From contig CACFIX010000005.1 in assembly GCA_902566515.1 (NCBI GenBank), positions 318-64,317 of the forward strand: a stretch of DNA of 64,000 nt. Reading direction: 5' to 3'. Below the pieces are notes generated by a model. That model searched no databases. It was not told the DNA's origin and saw only the letters and a program-made list of their open reading frames with translations. This DNA is from an uncultured Candidatus Actinomarina sp. Lineage in GTDB: Bacteria; Actinomycetota; Acidimicrobiia; Actinomarinales; Actinomarinaceae. Position numbers and translations under genes: made by a program. Below are positions 8,467-18,185 of this stretch, piece after piece (the stretch's first letter is position 1; each line of letters opens with the position of its first letter).

Positions 8467-9045
8467 TTAATCCTTTGAGAATGAGATTACCTCAGCCATT
8501 GAAATGTGGTCAATGGTAGTTTTTCCATATTTTACATCCTGCACTACCCCATTTTCATCAATTAATACATCGACTGGTAAACCTGTAAACGCACCACTCA
8601 TGCTAGTTAATGGGTTGAAACCCTTTATGAATATCGCTTTCATAAATCTGAAAAAACCAATAATCGAGCCAAGAAAAACGCCAAAAACACTTTTTTCAAC
8701 ATTATATTTATCAAAATAGAACCTGTTTTCATCAGCAAGTATGAAAATAGAAGAATCATGTTTAGTAGATGCTTTTTGCAAACTTTCTAATGAGCAATTA
8801 AATATAGCAATGGTTTCAAAATTTTCACCAAAATTATCCTTATTGTTGATAGTTTCATTAATTCTTAGATGACAAAATGGACAAGACGAATATCTATAAA
8901 AAGATATAAGTGCTTTCTTTCCATTTATATTTTCTAAGTCAAATACAGAGCCATCAATAGAAGGTAAGGAAAGTTCGTTGATTACATCATTTTTTTTTAT
9001 TTTCATTTTTTTAAATATTTCCTGATTATAAAGAGAAAAACTCAA
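8467..9045 (-). CDS. Peroxiredoxin-like (AhpC/TSA, thioredoxin-fold) protein
   Basis: 192 aa. 'KKALISFYRYSSCPFCHLR' (CxxC in a redoxin context) and 'LPVDVLIDENGVV'. Confidence 0.6.
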   Translation of the reverse strand: MSFSLYNQEIFKKMKIKKNDVINELSLPSIDGSVFDLENINGKKALISFYRYSSCPFCHLRINETINNKDNFGENFETIAIFNCSLESLQKASTKHDSSIFILADENRFYFDKYNVEKSVFGVFLGSIIGFFRFMKAIFIKGFNPLTSMSGAFTGLPVDVLIDENGVVQDVKYGKTTIDHISMAEVISFSKD

Positions 9046-9078
9046 AAGAACTATTTCTAAATATTAAATATTTGTAAA

Positions 9079-9585
9079 TTAGTGCCCTCCCCTTGGAACA
9101 CCACCATATTTCATACGAGTATCACCCATATAGGCAACTCTATCTTCAGGATTCAATGTTTTGCAATCAATTATTTCTCCCAAAAAAAATGTGTGAGTAC
9201 CAAAGTCAATTTTTTGTGTTGTTTTTAACTCAAACCATACTGTTGCATTTTGAAAGATAGGTACATTATTTTTAGTTAAAATAATGGGTTCTTTATTAAG
9301 AAAGCCTTTCGTGTATTTTGCAGGTTTAGAAAATTTTACAAATACTTTTGTGTAATCAGGCGAAAACATATTTAAAGTAAAATATTCGCTTTGATTCATA
9401 AGCTTAAAAGTTACGCTCTTATTATCAATACCTACACCGATTAAAGCTGGCTCCATACTAACTTGAGTTATCCAACTTGCTGTCATACCATTAAATTCAC
9501 CATCAGCATGACTTCCAATTATTCCAAGAGGACTTGGTATTTTCCATGTAGAAACATTTATATCTTCAGGGGTTAAATCACTCAT
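9079..9585 (-). CDS. Flavin reductase-like (FMN-binding split-barrel) protein
   Basis: 168 aa. 'GMTASWITQVSMEPALIGVGI' is typical of the flavin reductase domain. It abuts the LLM oxidoreductase gene (stop and start are adjacent). Confidence 0.75.
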   Translation of the reverse strand: MSDLTPEDINVSTWKIPSPLGIIGSHADGEFNGMTASWITQVSMEPALIGVGIDNKSVTFKLMNQSEYFTLNMFSPDYTKVFVKFSKPAKYTKGFLNKEPIILTKNNVPIFQNATVWFELKTTQKIDFGTHTFFLGEIIDCKTLNPEDRVAYMGDTRMKYGGVPRGGH

Positions 9586-10626
9586 TTACAAACAACTTTT
9601 TATAAATTTTATAGTTTCAATATCTAATGGTATTGCTACAGAAAGTTCAGTAACATTACATTTTTTCCAGTCTTCAAGCTTTTCTTTTATACGTTCTTTG
9701 GAGCCAACAAGTGTTAGATCATCTATCAATTCATCAGGAAATATTGATTCTGCTTCAGCTTTTTCTCCTCTTAGATATAATTCCTGAATCTGCATAGCAA
9801 TTTCTTCATAGCCGTATTCACACATCAAGTTAAAATAAAAGTTTTTATCTTTAGCTCCCATACCACCTACATATAGAGTGTAATTATTTCTTGCAGGTGC
9901 CAGATACGCATCTCTTTCAGATTCGTTGCACACCTTCGCAAAAACAGGAGCGGATATATTAAATTTTTCTTTTTTGTTTGGATCACCAGATTTTTCAAAA
10001 CCTTTTTCTAAAAATTGATTGAAAAATTTGTCTCCAAGAGTTGGTGAGTACATGAAAGGAAGCCATCCATCTGCAATCTCAGCAGTCAATTCAATATTTT
10101 TTGGTCCAATAGCTGCAAGATATATTGGTATATCGCTTCTAAGAGGTTGTTCAATTAGTTTTAATGGCTTTCCTAAACCAGATGCATCATCGCCATTGTA
10201 AGGTAAATTATAAAACTCACCTTCAAATGAAGTTTTTCCTTCCCTTCGTAATATATCTTTAACTATCTGAACATACTCTCTCGTCTTTTTTAATGGCTTT
10301 CCATAAGCAACTCCATGCCAACCTTCAACTACTTGAGGTCCAGAAACACCAATTCCTAACCTAAACCTACCACCAGAAAGTTTATCAATAGTAACAGCAG
10401 TCATTGCCGTCATTGCAGGTGATCTCCCAGGGATTTGCATGATGCCCGATCCTAACTTTATATTATCTGTCAATGCAGCAAAATATGAAAGTGGTGTAAC
10501 AGCATCATATCCATATGCTTCAGCAGTCCAAATACAAGAAATCCCTATTTCGTCCAATTCTTTTATTAATTTTTTCTCACTTGAAATATGAGGTCCAAAA
10601 TATCCGACGTTTACACTTACTTCCAT
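9586..10626 (-). CDS. LLM-class (luciferase-like) F420-dependent oxidoreductase
   Basis: 346 aa. 'IWTAEAYGYDAVTPLSYFAA', 'GSGIMQIPGRSPAMTAMTA' and 'RFRLGIGVSGPQVVEGWHG' follow the pattern of the actinobacterial F420-dependent LLM subfamily. Confidence 0.8.
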   Translation of the reverse strand: MEVSVNVGYFGPHISSEKKLIKELDEIGISCIWTAEAYGYDAVTPLSYFAALTDNIKLGSGIMQIPGRSPAMTAMTAVTIDKLSGGRFRLGIGVSGPQVVEGWHGVAYGKPLKKTREYVQIVKDILRREGKTSFEGEFYNLPYNGDDASGLGKPLKLIEQPLRSDIPIYLAAIGPKNIELTAEIADGWLPFMYSPTLGDKFFNQFLEKGFEKSGDPNKKEKFNISAPVFAKVCNESERDAYLAPARNNYTLYVGGMGAKDKNFYFNLMCEYGYEEIAMQIQELYLRGEKAEAESIFPDELIDDLTLVGSKERIKEKLEDWKKCNVTELSVAIPLDIETIKFIKSCL

Positions 10627-10638
10627 ATGTAAAGGATA

Positions 10639-11151
10639 CTACACATTTATGTCAATAAATTCATCGTGTGTTATCAAACTATGCATCTTAATATCATGAT
10701 TTTCAAAAGGAATTTCTTCTAATATATGGTTTTTATCTGTAATACCAATAAAAGTTGAATTTAAATGGTCAGCAAGTAATTGATCATAAATACCTCTACC
10801 CTTGCCAAGCCTAGTACCTTTTTTATCAAATCCCACTCCAGGTATTAAAAATATATCAACTTTATCAATAATTTTTAAATTAATTGGTTGATAAACATTA
10901 AAACTGTTTTTTTCAAACGGTTCTTCATAAATACATATATTTATTTCTCCATCCTTTATGCATGTTGTTGACAATACTGATTGTCCCTTTAAGTGCATAT
11001 TTATATTAATTTCGTTTTCGAGTGGTATGTACGTACATACGATCTTATTTTTGATTAAATTTTGTAACCTATTTACAACAGTCTTAGAGAAATCTGCATC
11101 GACCAAAGAAATATTTTTTAGTTTCTCTCTTAATTCTATTTTTTTCAACAT
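10639..11151 (-). CDS. 5-formyltetrahydrofolate cyclo-ligase
   Basis: 170 aa. 'IFLIPGVGFDKKGTRLGKGRGIYDQLL' is the MTHFS signature. Confidence 0.8.
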   Translation of the reverse strand: MLKKIELREKLKNISLVDADFSKTVVNRLQNLIKNKIVCTYIPLENEININMHLKGQSVLSTTCIKDGEINICIYEEPFEKNSFNVYQPINLKIIDKVDIFLIPGVGFDKKGTRLGKGRGIYDQLLADHLNSTFIGITDKNHILEEIPFENHDIKMHSLITHDEFIDINV

Positions 11152-11189
11152 AATTTATTATCTAGATAGTTCTACATTACACTTACAAC

Positions 11190-11921
11190 ATGTTGAAGAA
11201 CAAATTACTTACATGGTTCAATCTATTAATCATGGGAATATACACAATCCCGGTTACATACTCAATATGGTTTGTAGGATTGTTTAATAGATTCACAAAA
11301 TTAAAGTACTACATTGCTCAAAGTTGGACAATTCCCTGGATGTGGGCTGCTAGATCAAAAGTAACTTTGATTAAAAATTTTGATTACAAAAAAAATCAGC
11401 CTTATGTTGTTATTTCAAATCACTTATCAAACTTAGATCCAATGATGCAATTTAGATATCTTAAAATTAAATGGGTATTTATGGCTAAAAAGGAAGTGTA
11501 TAAACTACCTGTCTTTAGAACTGCAGCAAGGTCATTTAATTTCATAAAAGTTGATAGATCAGACAAAAACGATCGAAAAAGTATTAATGAACAAGCAAAA
11601 ACCTTATTTAGAAACGGATGGTCACTTATGGTCTATCCTCAGGGCACAAGAGCAAAAAAAGATAATTTTTTACCATTTAAAAGTGGTGCATTTCATATTG
11701 CTTTAGAAAATAATATTCCAATACTTCCTGTTGTAATTGCAGGTACTGGAGACATATGGCCAAGAGGTAAAAAATTTATGACCAGTGGAAAAGCAATTAT
11801 AAATACATTAGAACCAATTGATATGTCAAAACATACAAAAGAAACTATTGATCAACTTGTTGAGGATACATATCAAAAAATGTCTGAAGTGTACAAAGAA
11901 TTAACTGCTTCAATAAAATAA
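11190..11921 (+). CDS. plsC: 1-acyl-sn-glycerol-3-phosphate acyltransferase (PlsC family)
   Basis: 243 aa. HX4D block 'SNHLSNLDP', plus 'YPQGTR' and 'PILPVVIAG'. Confidence 0.8.
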   Translation: MLKNKLLTWFNLLIMGIYTIPVTYSIWFVGLFNRFTKLKYYIAQSWTIPWMWAARSKVTLIKNFDYKKNQPYVVISNHLSNLDPMMQFRYLKIKWVFMAKKEVYKLPVFRTAARSFNFIKVDRSDKNDRKSINEQAKTLFRNGWSLMVYPQGTRAKKDNFLPFKSGAFHIALENNIPILPVVIAGTGDIWPRGKKFMTSGKAIINTLEPIDMSKHTKETIDQLVEDTYQKMSEVYKELTASIK

Positions 11922-11942
11922 AATAAATCTTACAATACAAAT

Positions 11943-12458
11943 ATGAATATCTTAATAGCAGCGCTTTCTATTTTTCTTTTGAGATTGCTTGATCAAACAC
12001 TTGGTACCTTAAGAATACTATATGTGAACAAAGGAAAACCATTATTTGGTGCTATTTTAGGATTTATAGAATCAGCAATTTGGATAATTGCTATATCTCA
12101 AGTCATTCAAGATTTAAATGATCCATTTTTAATCTTTGGTTATGCACTTGGGTTTGCTGCAGGAACAATAATGGGATCATACATTGAAAACACAATAGCA
12201 ATTGGTGATATTGTTGTGAGAATTTTTGTACCTAAAGATAGTGACAGTGAGAAGGTAGCTAAAGAATTACGAACAAATGGACTAGGTGTAACAATTATTA
12301 ATGGAGAAGGTATGCAAGGAGAAGTTACCATTGCATGGTGTGTAACTCCAAGAAAAAGACTAAAAGATGTAATGAAAATTGTATCAGAAATTACTCCTGA
12401 TGCTTACGTAACTATTGAGCCTACAAATCCAACTAAATTAACTGCAAACAGAAAGTAA
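11943..12458 (+). CDS. UPF0316 / DUF2179 family membrane protein
   Basis: 171 aa. 'FLLRLLDQTLGTLRILYVNKG' plus a C-terminal DUF2179-like soluble domain 'GVTIINGEG'. Confidence 0.7.
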   Translation: MNILIAALSIFLLRLLDQTLGTLRILYVNKGKPLFGAILGFIESAIWIIAISQVIQDLNDPFLIFGYALGFAAGTIMGSYIENTIAIGDIVVRIFVPKDSDSEKVAKELRTNGLGVTIINGEGMQGEVTIAWCVTPRKRLKDVMKIVSEITPDAYVTIEPTNPTKLTANRK

Positions 12459-12459
12459 C

Positions 12460-14763
12460 CTAGAGACCCTTCTCAAATTCATCTTCAAAAGAGACTCTTT
12501 TTCTGTTTGAAGACTTTCCTCTATTGTCTAATTTTTTATCTCTACTGTTTCTATTACCATTTCTAGATCTAGAAGGTTTTCTATCACGGGAATTTTTTGA
12601 ATCCCCGCCTTCTGCTTCTTCTGGGATTACTAAATCTTCAACTGGCGATAGACTGACTTTTCCATTTTCAATTGAATCAACAGTAACCTTGATTTTATCC
12701 CCAACTGATACAACTGTTTCAGTATTATTTACTCTTTTAGAAGAGTGAAATCTTGATACATGCAATAACCCATCTCTACCTGGAAGAATATTTATGAAAG
12801 CACCGTAAGTTGCAACACTTACAACTTCTCCATCATATTCTGCCCCAACTTCTGCCTCTGGTGGGTCAATGATCATCATTACCATTGCTTTACCTGCTGC
12901 TATTGCTTCTTCTTCAGTTGATCCTAAAGTCAAAATACCATCATCATCAATTTCTACAGAACATCCGGTTTCTTCCTCGATTTTCTTGATATTCTTACCT
13001 TTTGGTCCAATCACCTCTCCAATTTTATCTTTAGGCAGTTCAATAGTTTCAAGTCTTGGAGCATTGCCAGATAGACTTTCTGAAGGTTCAGCTATTGTAT
13101 CTTCCATTATGTCAAGTATATGATGTCTTGCATCCATAGCTTGATTTAATGCTTTTCTTAAAACATCTGCAGGAAGACCTTCAATCTTCATATCTAATTG
13201 CAATGCAGTAATCACATTTCTTGTACCTGCAACTTTAAAATCCATATCTCCAAGAGCGTCTTCCGCACCCAATATATCTGTTAGAGTAACGTAAGTGTCA
13301 TCTTTAGAAATTAAACCCATAGCAATACCTGCAACATGTTCTCTGATAGGAACACCTGCAGCCATTAAAGACAAACTTGATGCACATACAGATGCTTGAG
13401 AGGTAGAACCATTAGATGAAATTGCTTCACTTACAACTCTAATGGTGTATGGAAAGTCAACTTTTGGTGGAATAACGGGTACTAATGCTTTTTCAGCTAA
13501 TGCACCGTGACCAATTTCTCTTCTCTTAGGGCCTCTCATTGGATAAGCTTCTCCTGTAGAATAAGGAGGGAAATTATAATGGTGCATATATCTTTTTGAT
13601 GTTACAGTATCAATAGTATCTAGCATTTGTTCAAGCCTTGACATACCTAGAGTTGTAACATTCAAAACCTGTGTTTCTCCTCTTAAAAATAATGATGAAC
13701 CATGAACAGTTGGAAGTAAGTTTATCTCAGCAGATATATTTCTAATATCAGTTGGAGTTCGTCCGTCTAATCTAGCACCACCGCTTAAAACTCTATCTCT
13801 AACTGTATTTTTAACGATCGACTTGAAAGCTAATTTAATTGCTTTAGTATTATCATCTTCTTCATCTAAGAATTTCTCTACAGTTTGATCTTGTAGCTCA
13901 CTTTGCTTTTCACTTCTTTCAGATCTATCTTTTATAGCCATTGCTGCTTCAATATCAGAGCCAAAAGCTTCAATTATTTGTGACTTTAGTTCTTCTGAGT
14001 AATCTTCAATAATAGGCCAGTCGATCTCAGGTACATCTCTTTTAGCAACTAATTCTTTTTGAGCTTCTATAAATTTCGCAATAAATTCTTTAGACATATC
14101 AATACCATCTGCAACAATATTTTCTGAAGGTGAAGCACTACCTTCATCAATTTTGGCAAATGCATTGTCTGTTGCCCCTGCTTCAACCATTACGATATCT
14201 ATTTCACCTTTAGGATTTAAACTTCCTGCAACAACCATATCAAATACAGAATCTTCCAATTCAGAATTTGTAGCCTGAACTACCCAGTTGTCATTGATTA
14301 AAGACATTCTTACTGCTCCAACAGCTGACTCAAGTGGGACTCCTGCAAGTTGAAGACCCAATGATGCAGCATTAAGCGCTAAAATATCGTACTCATTTTC
14401 ATTATCAACACTCAAAACTGTTGCGATAATTTGGGTTTCACATCTAAATCCATCTTTAAAGGAAGGTCGAAGTGGTCTGTCAATTAGACGACATGCTAAT
14501 ATAGCTTTTTCTGTTTGCCTTCCCTCTCTTCTAAAAAATCCTCCAGGAATTTTTCCAGCGGAATACATTCTCTCCTCAACATCTACTGTCAAAGGAAAAA
14601 AATCAATACCATCTCTAACATTTTTATTAGCCACTGTTGTGACTAAAACTGTTGTGTCACCTGAAGTTACTACTACTGAACCAGGTGCTTGTAGAGCTAA
14701 TTTACCCGTTTCAAATCCAATCTCTGCTTTACCAATTTGTACTTTTACATTATCAATCGACAT
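12460..14763 (-). CDS. pnp: Polynucleotide phosphorylase
   Basis: 767 aa. Two RNase PH domains, KH ('IGEVIGPKGKNIKKIEE') and S1 ('GEVVSVATYGAFINI'), then a basic Arg/Ser/Asn-rich tail. Confidence 0.97.
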   Translation of the reverse strand: MSIDNVKVQIGKAEIGFETGKLALQAPGSVVVTSGDTTVLVTTVANKNVRDGIDFFPLTVDVEERMYSAGKIPGGFFRREGRQTEKAILACRLIDRPLRPSFKDGFRCETQIIATVLSVDNENEYDILALNAASLGLQLAGVPLESAVGAVRMSLINDNWVVQATNSELEDSVFDMVVAGSLNPKGEIDIVMVEAGATDNAFAKIDEGSASPSENIVADGIDMSKEFIAKFIEAQKELVAKRDVPEIDWPIIEDYSEELKSQIIEAFGSDIEAAMAIKDRSERSEKQSELQDQTVEKFLDEEDDNTKAIKLAFKSIVKNTVRDRVLSGGARLDGRTPTDIRNISAEINLLPTVHGSSLFLRGETQVLNVTTLGMSRLEQMLDTIDTVTSKRYMHHYNFPPYSTGEAYPMRGPKRREIGHGALAEKALVPVIPPKVDFPYTIRVVSEAISSNGSTSQASVCASSLSLMAAGVPIREHVAGIAMGLISKDDTYVTLTDILGAEDALGDMDFKVAGTRNVITALQLDMKIEGLPADVLRKALNQAMDARHHILDIMEDTIAEPSESLSGNAPRLETIELPKDKIGEVIGPKGKNIKKIEEETGCSVEIDDDGILTLGSTEEEAIAAGKAMVMMIIDPPEAEVGAEYDGEVVSVATYGAFINILPGRDGLLHVSRFHSSKRVNNTETVVSVGDKIKVTVDSIENGKVSLSPVEDLVIPEEAEGGDSKNSRDRKPSRSRNGNRNSRDKKLDNRGKSSNRKRVSFEDEFEKGL

Positions 14764-14788
14764 ATAACCTCTTTCATGACCAAGGTTA

Positions 14789-14823
14789 TTAATTGTCAGC
14801 TTTCAACAAAAGCTCTCAATTAA
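14789..14823 (-). promoter_or_regulatory. rpsO-pnp intercistronic stem-loop
   Basis: TTAATTG-tc-AGCTTT-loop-AAAGCT-ct-CAATTAA: a 7-bp and a 6-bp helix around a small internal loop. There is no U-tract. The position matches the RNase III-processed pnp leader hairpin known in other bacteria. Confidence 0.45.
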
Positions 14824-14843
14824 CAACGCAAGGTCTAATTTAT

Positions 14844-15101
14844 TTATCTTCTTAAGCCAAGTTTTTCTATAATATCACGATATCTTTGAACATCCTGGTT
14901 TTGTAAGTATTGAAGTAGCCTTCTTCTTTTACCAACAAGCATTAGTAATCCCCTTCTTGTGTGGTGGTCTTTTTTATGTGTTTTCAAATGATCTGTTAAA
15001 TGATCGATTCTATTACTCAATAAAGCAACCTGAACTTCAGCAGAACCAGTATCTGTATCGGATTTACCGTATTCTTTTATAATTTCTTGCTTTGTTTTCA
15101 T
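14844..15101 (-). CDS. rpsO: 30S ribosomal protein S15
   Basis: 85 aa. '[37 protein letters not shown]'. Confidence 0.95.
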   Translation of the reverse strand: MKTKQEIIKEYGKSDTDTGSAEVQVALLSNRIDHLTDHLKTHKKDHHTRRGLLMLVGKRRRLLQYLQNQDVQRYRDIIEKLGLRR

Positions 15102-15143
15102 TCGAGCTAATAATAGTAGCTGCTATATCTAATGTGAGATTAT

Positions 15144-16037
15144 TTAATTTTTATTAATTTCTTCAATATCTTTAGATATTTGTTTAATTAATTCATCAAT
15201 ACTTGAAAATTTTATTTCTTCTCTTATAAATTTATTAAAGAATACACTTAAATTATCATCATAAATATCGTCATTAAAATCAAAAATATGTACTTCTATA
15301 CTTTGCTTAGTTCCTTCAGATACAGAAGGTTTATATCCGATATTCATAATCCCTTCATAAAGAATTTCATTTAAGCGCACGTCAACTTTGTACACTCCAT
15401 TTTTGGGTATTTGAATATTTTTATTAATACTTAAATTTGCTGTAGGAAATCCAATCTGAGAACCTTTTTGGTCACCTTTAATTACGGTCCCATTTAATGA
15501 GTACTTATAACCCAAAGCTTCATTAGCGTGTTCAATAAGACCATCGTTTAAAAAAGATTTAATTAGGGTTGAAGATATTTTTTCATTGTTGTGTTCATAA
15601 TCTTCTATAGTATGTACAAAATCTTCACCAAAATATTTTATTAAGTAATCTACGGTACCCTCACGGTTTTTACCAAATTTAAAATCCTTACCTACATAAA
15701 TATTTTTAGCTTTAATATTGTTTTTTAACATTTCACAAAAGGTTTTGGGTGAAAAATTCATTACATGTTTAAAATTGATGAACACTAAATTACTGGGCTC
15801 AAATTTGTTGAATAATTCAATCTTCTTATTATTGGTTGTAAGTAACTTATGCTCATTATTGAAGTATTTCTTTGGAAGTGTATCAAAAGTAACTATCTGA
15901 AATGTATTGCTTGATTCTTTTGTAAATTTTAATAGTTCTTGGTGACCTAAATGCACCCCATCAAATCCACCTATACACACAGCTGGAATATCATCATCAA
16001 TGAAATTGTCAGAAGTAAAATTTTTATATATTCTCAT
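15144..16037 (-). CDS. ribF: Bifunctional riboflavin kinase / FAD synthetase
   Basis: 297 aa. 'GGFDGVHLGHQ' and 'GFPTANL' (kinase domain). Confidence 0.9.
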   Translation of the reverse strand: MRIYKNFTSDNFIDDDIPAVCIGGFDGVHLGHQELLKFTKESSNTFQIVTFDTLPKKYFNNEHKLLTTNNKKIELFNKFEPSNLVFINFKHVMNFSPKTFCEMLKNNIKAKNIYVGKDFKFGKNREGTVDYLIKYFGEDFVHTIEDYEHNNEKISSTLIKSFLNDGLIEHANEALGYKYSLNGTVIKGDQKGSQIGFPTANLSINKNIQIPKNGVYKVDVRLNEILYEGIMNIGYKPSVSEGTKQSIEVHIFDFNDDIYDDNLSVFFNKFIREEIKFSSIDELIKQISKDIEEINKN

Positions 16038-16915
16038 ACGAGCACTTTTTCTGGTTTGTAATATTTCTCATTAAAAGGTTTATAAATTGCCACAATATTG
16101 TTCTCGATAGATATTACATGATTTTCTTTATTTGAAAACATATTTGTAGGTAGAAGTTGACCATTCTTAATTGTTCCAATCATTTCAACATTTAGTTCAA
16201 TTTTTGGTAAATTAATTACCTCTGCCCAATCTAATGACATTATTTTTGAATTGTAATTTAATGCTTCAACATTTGTATTTAGACTTTTATGATTAATATT
16301 TAAATTGCCAATTGATGTCCTTGTAAGAGTTTCTACAATTGCATAAGTATTTACATACTCACCTAATTGTTGAACAATGCTTCTGATATATGTTCCCTTA
16401 CTTACTGTTATCTCAAAAGTAACTTTATTATCATTTACTTCTAATAAATCAGTTCTTTCAACAAATATTTTTCTTTCAGGGATTTCTACATCTTGATTTT
16501 GACGTGCATATTTATATAATCGCTTACCTTTTACTTTTATTGCTGAATAAATTGGTGGAGTCTGGGTAGAATCCCCAACCAAATTGGTAAGAAATTCTTG
16601 TATTTGAGTTTTTAAGTTGTGTGCACTTATATCATCATGTTTTGTAATTTCTGAGTCCACGTCAAGAGTTGGAGAAGAGTAGCCTAATATTGCAATTACT
16701 TTATATGTTTTATTTGTATTTTCGATGTAATCAAATAATTTTGTATAACCATTAGTAGCAAGAAGCATTAAACCGTCAGCATTTGGATCTAAGGTACCTG
16801 AATGACCAACTTTTTTAAATTTAAAATTTTTTTTTAATTTAGTGCACAGATCTTGAGAAGTCCATGTTTTTGGTTTGTCTAATAGATAAAAGTCAGATTT
16901 TTGAATTAATTGCAT
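16034..16915 (-). CDS. truB: tRNA pseudouridine(55) synthase
   Basis: 293 aa. 'KVGHSGTLDPNADGLM' (catalytic Asp motif). Confidence 0.9.
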   Translation of the reverse strand: MQLIQKSDFYLLDKPKTWTSQDLCTKLKKNFKFKKVGHSGTLDPNADGLMLLATNGYTKLFDYIENTNKTYKVIAILGYSSPTLDVDSEITKHDDISAHNLKTQIQEFLTNLVGDSTQTPPIYSAIKVKGKRLYKYARQNQDVEIPERKIFVERTDLLEVNDNKVTFEITVSKGTYIRSIVQQLGEYVNTYAIVETLTRTSIGNLNINHKSLNTNVEALNYNSKIMSLDWAEVINLPKIELNVEMIGTIKNGQLLPTNMFSNKENHVISIENNIVAIYKPFNEKYYKPEKVLV

Positions 16916-17852
16916 TCTTTACTTTGTTTTTTATTTCTTCCATACTTAAATTTGTTGAAAATCCAGAAGCTGCTTTGTGTCCTCCACCACCAAATAAAGA
17001 AGCGATCTGCTGAACATCCAATTCATTGCGAGACCTTAAACTTCCTTTAAATGATTTATCTTGCTGTTCTTTTAGTAATAAAGCTATATTTGATTCCTTT
17101 ACTAATCTAATTGAGTCAATTAAAAAATCTGTTTCAGATGATTCAATATTGTAATTTAGATAATCTTCTTGTAAAACATAAGATACAACTAATTCTTCCT
17201 CTTCATATAATTCAATCCTGTTTAACACTTCACTTTGTAGCTTTATTGCATTCAAGGGAATGGACCCATAAATATTATCACTAATACTGGTTAGTTCAGC
17301 ACCACTTAACATTAGTTTTGAGGCAATTTCAAATACTTCATTGTCTGTATTGGAATATTGAAATCTACCTGTATCTGTAATTAATCCAGTCATAAGACAA
17401 TTAGCTATATTCTTATCAATATCTATCTTTGCGGAAAGAATTTCTCTGAACAGTACTTGTGTAGTGCTTGCAGCATTTGAATCAATAACTTGTATATCAC
17501 CAAAAGACGGATTGATGTGATGATCTACTACAATGACTCTCTTGGAATTCAATGCTAACTCTTCTAAATCCCCAAGTCTTTCTGAATTTCCACAATCAAA
17601 AACATAAACATTTTCATAATTTTTGTTTGGTCTATTTAAAATTAAATCAATAGGTAAATGATTTAAATTTGAAGGAACATTACCTTTCATATCAAAAGAA
17701 ACGTCTGATTCTACGCCCTTACTATCAAGAATCAATTTAAATGCTAAAGCAGAACCTAAAGCATCGCCATCAGGATTGATATGACCTGTAATTAGATTAG
17801 AAGAATTTTTTATATCTTCAAAAAGGTCACTCATTGTCTTTAGTCCTATCAA
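16893..17852 (-). CDS. nrnA: DHH-family phosphoesterase (NrnA-like oligoribonuclease/pAp phosphatase)
   Basis: 319 aa. 'GHINPDGDALGS', 'VVDHH' and 'GGGHKAASG'. Confidence 0.8.
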   Translation of the reverse strand: MIGLKTMSDLFEDIKNSSNLITGHINPDGDALGSALAFKLILDSKGVESDVSFDMKGNVPSNLNHLPIDLILNRPNKNYENVYVFDCGNSERLGDLEELALNSKRVIVVDHHINPSFGDIQVIDSNAASTTQVLFREILSAKIDIDKNIANCLMTGLITDTGRFQYSNTDNEVFEIASKLMLSGAELTSISDNIYGSIPLNAIKLQSEVLNRIELYEEEELVVSYVLQEDYLNYNIESSETDFLIDSIRLVKESNIALLLKEQQDKSFKGSLRSRNELDVQQIASLFGGGGHKAASGFSTNLSMEEIKNKVKNAINSKI

Positions 17853-18177
17853 TTAGTTCGTTTATTCTTTGTACATTATTAAATGTATTATCTACTTCAA
17901 AAATAATTTTAGGAACATTTTTTGTAGTCATTTCTCTGCCCAACACTTTCTGAATCTTTATTCTATTTTTTTCGAGTGAATTTTTTAATGAACCTTCATT
18001 TCCATCTAATGTAGAAACAAAAACCATTGATTTCTTAAGATCTGGAGATGTTGAAACATGTGTAATTGTTGCTTTGTTTAGTATTGGATCAGAACTTCTT
18101 AAGAGTGCACTTGAGATGATTTTTTGAATGAGAGGATTGATTCTATTTATTCTTCCACCACGTGTTTGATTACTCAT
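17827..18177 (-). CDS. rbfA: Ribosome-binding factor A
   Basis: 116 aa. It sits in the conserved position after infB. 'ITHVSTSPDLKKSMVFVS'. Confidence 0.88.
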   Translation of the reverse strand: MSNQTRGGRINRINPLIQKIISSALLRSSDPILNKATITHVSTSPDLKKSMVFVSTLDGNEGSLKNSLEKNRIKIQKVLGREMTTKNVPKIIFEVDNTFNNVQRINELIDRTKDNE

Positions 18178-18185
18178 TATTTGTT

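Noticed and set aside
11159-11168. Perfect 10-bp palindrome TATCTAGATA in the 38-nt divergent spacer between the MTHFS and plsC genes
   Set aside because: It is short and AT-rich, so it is quite likely to occur by chance in DNA of about 30% G+C. There is no second copy in the window and no obvious cognate regulator nearby.
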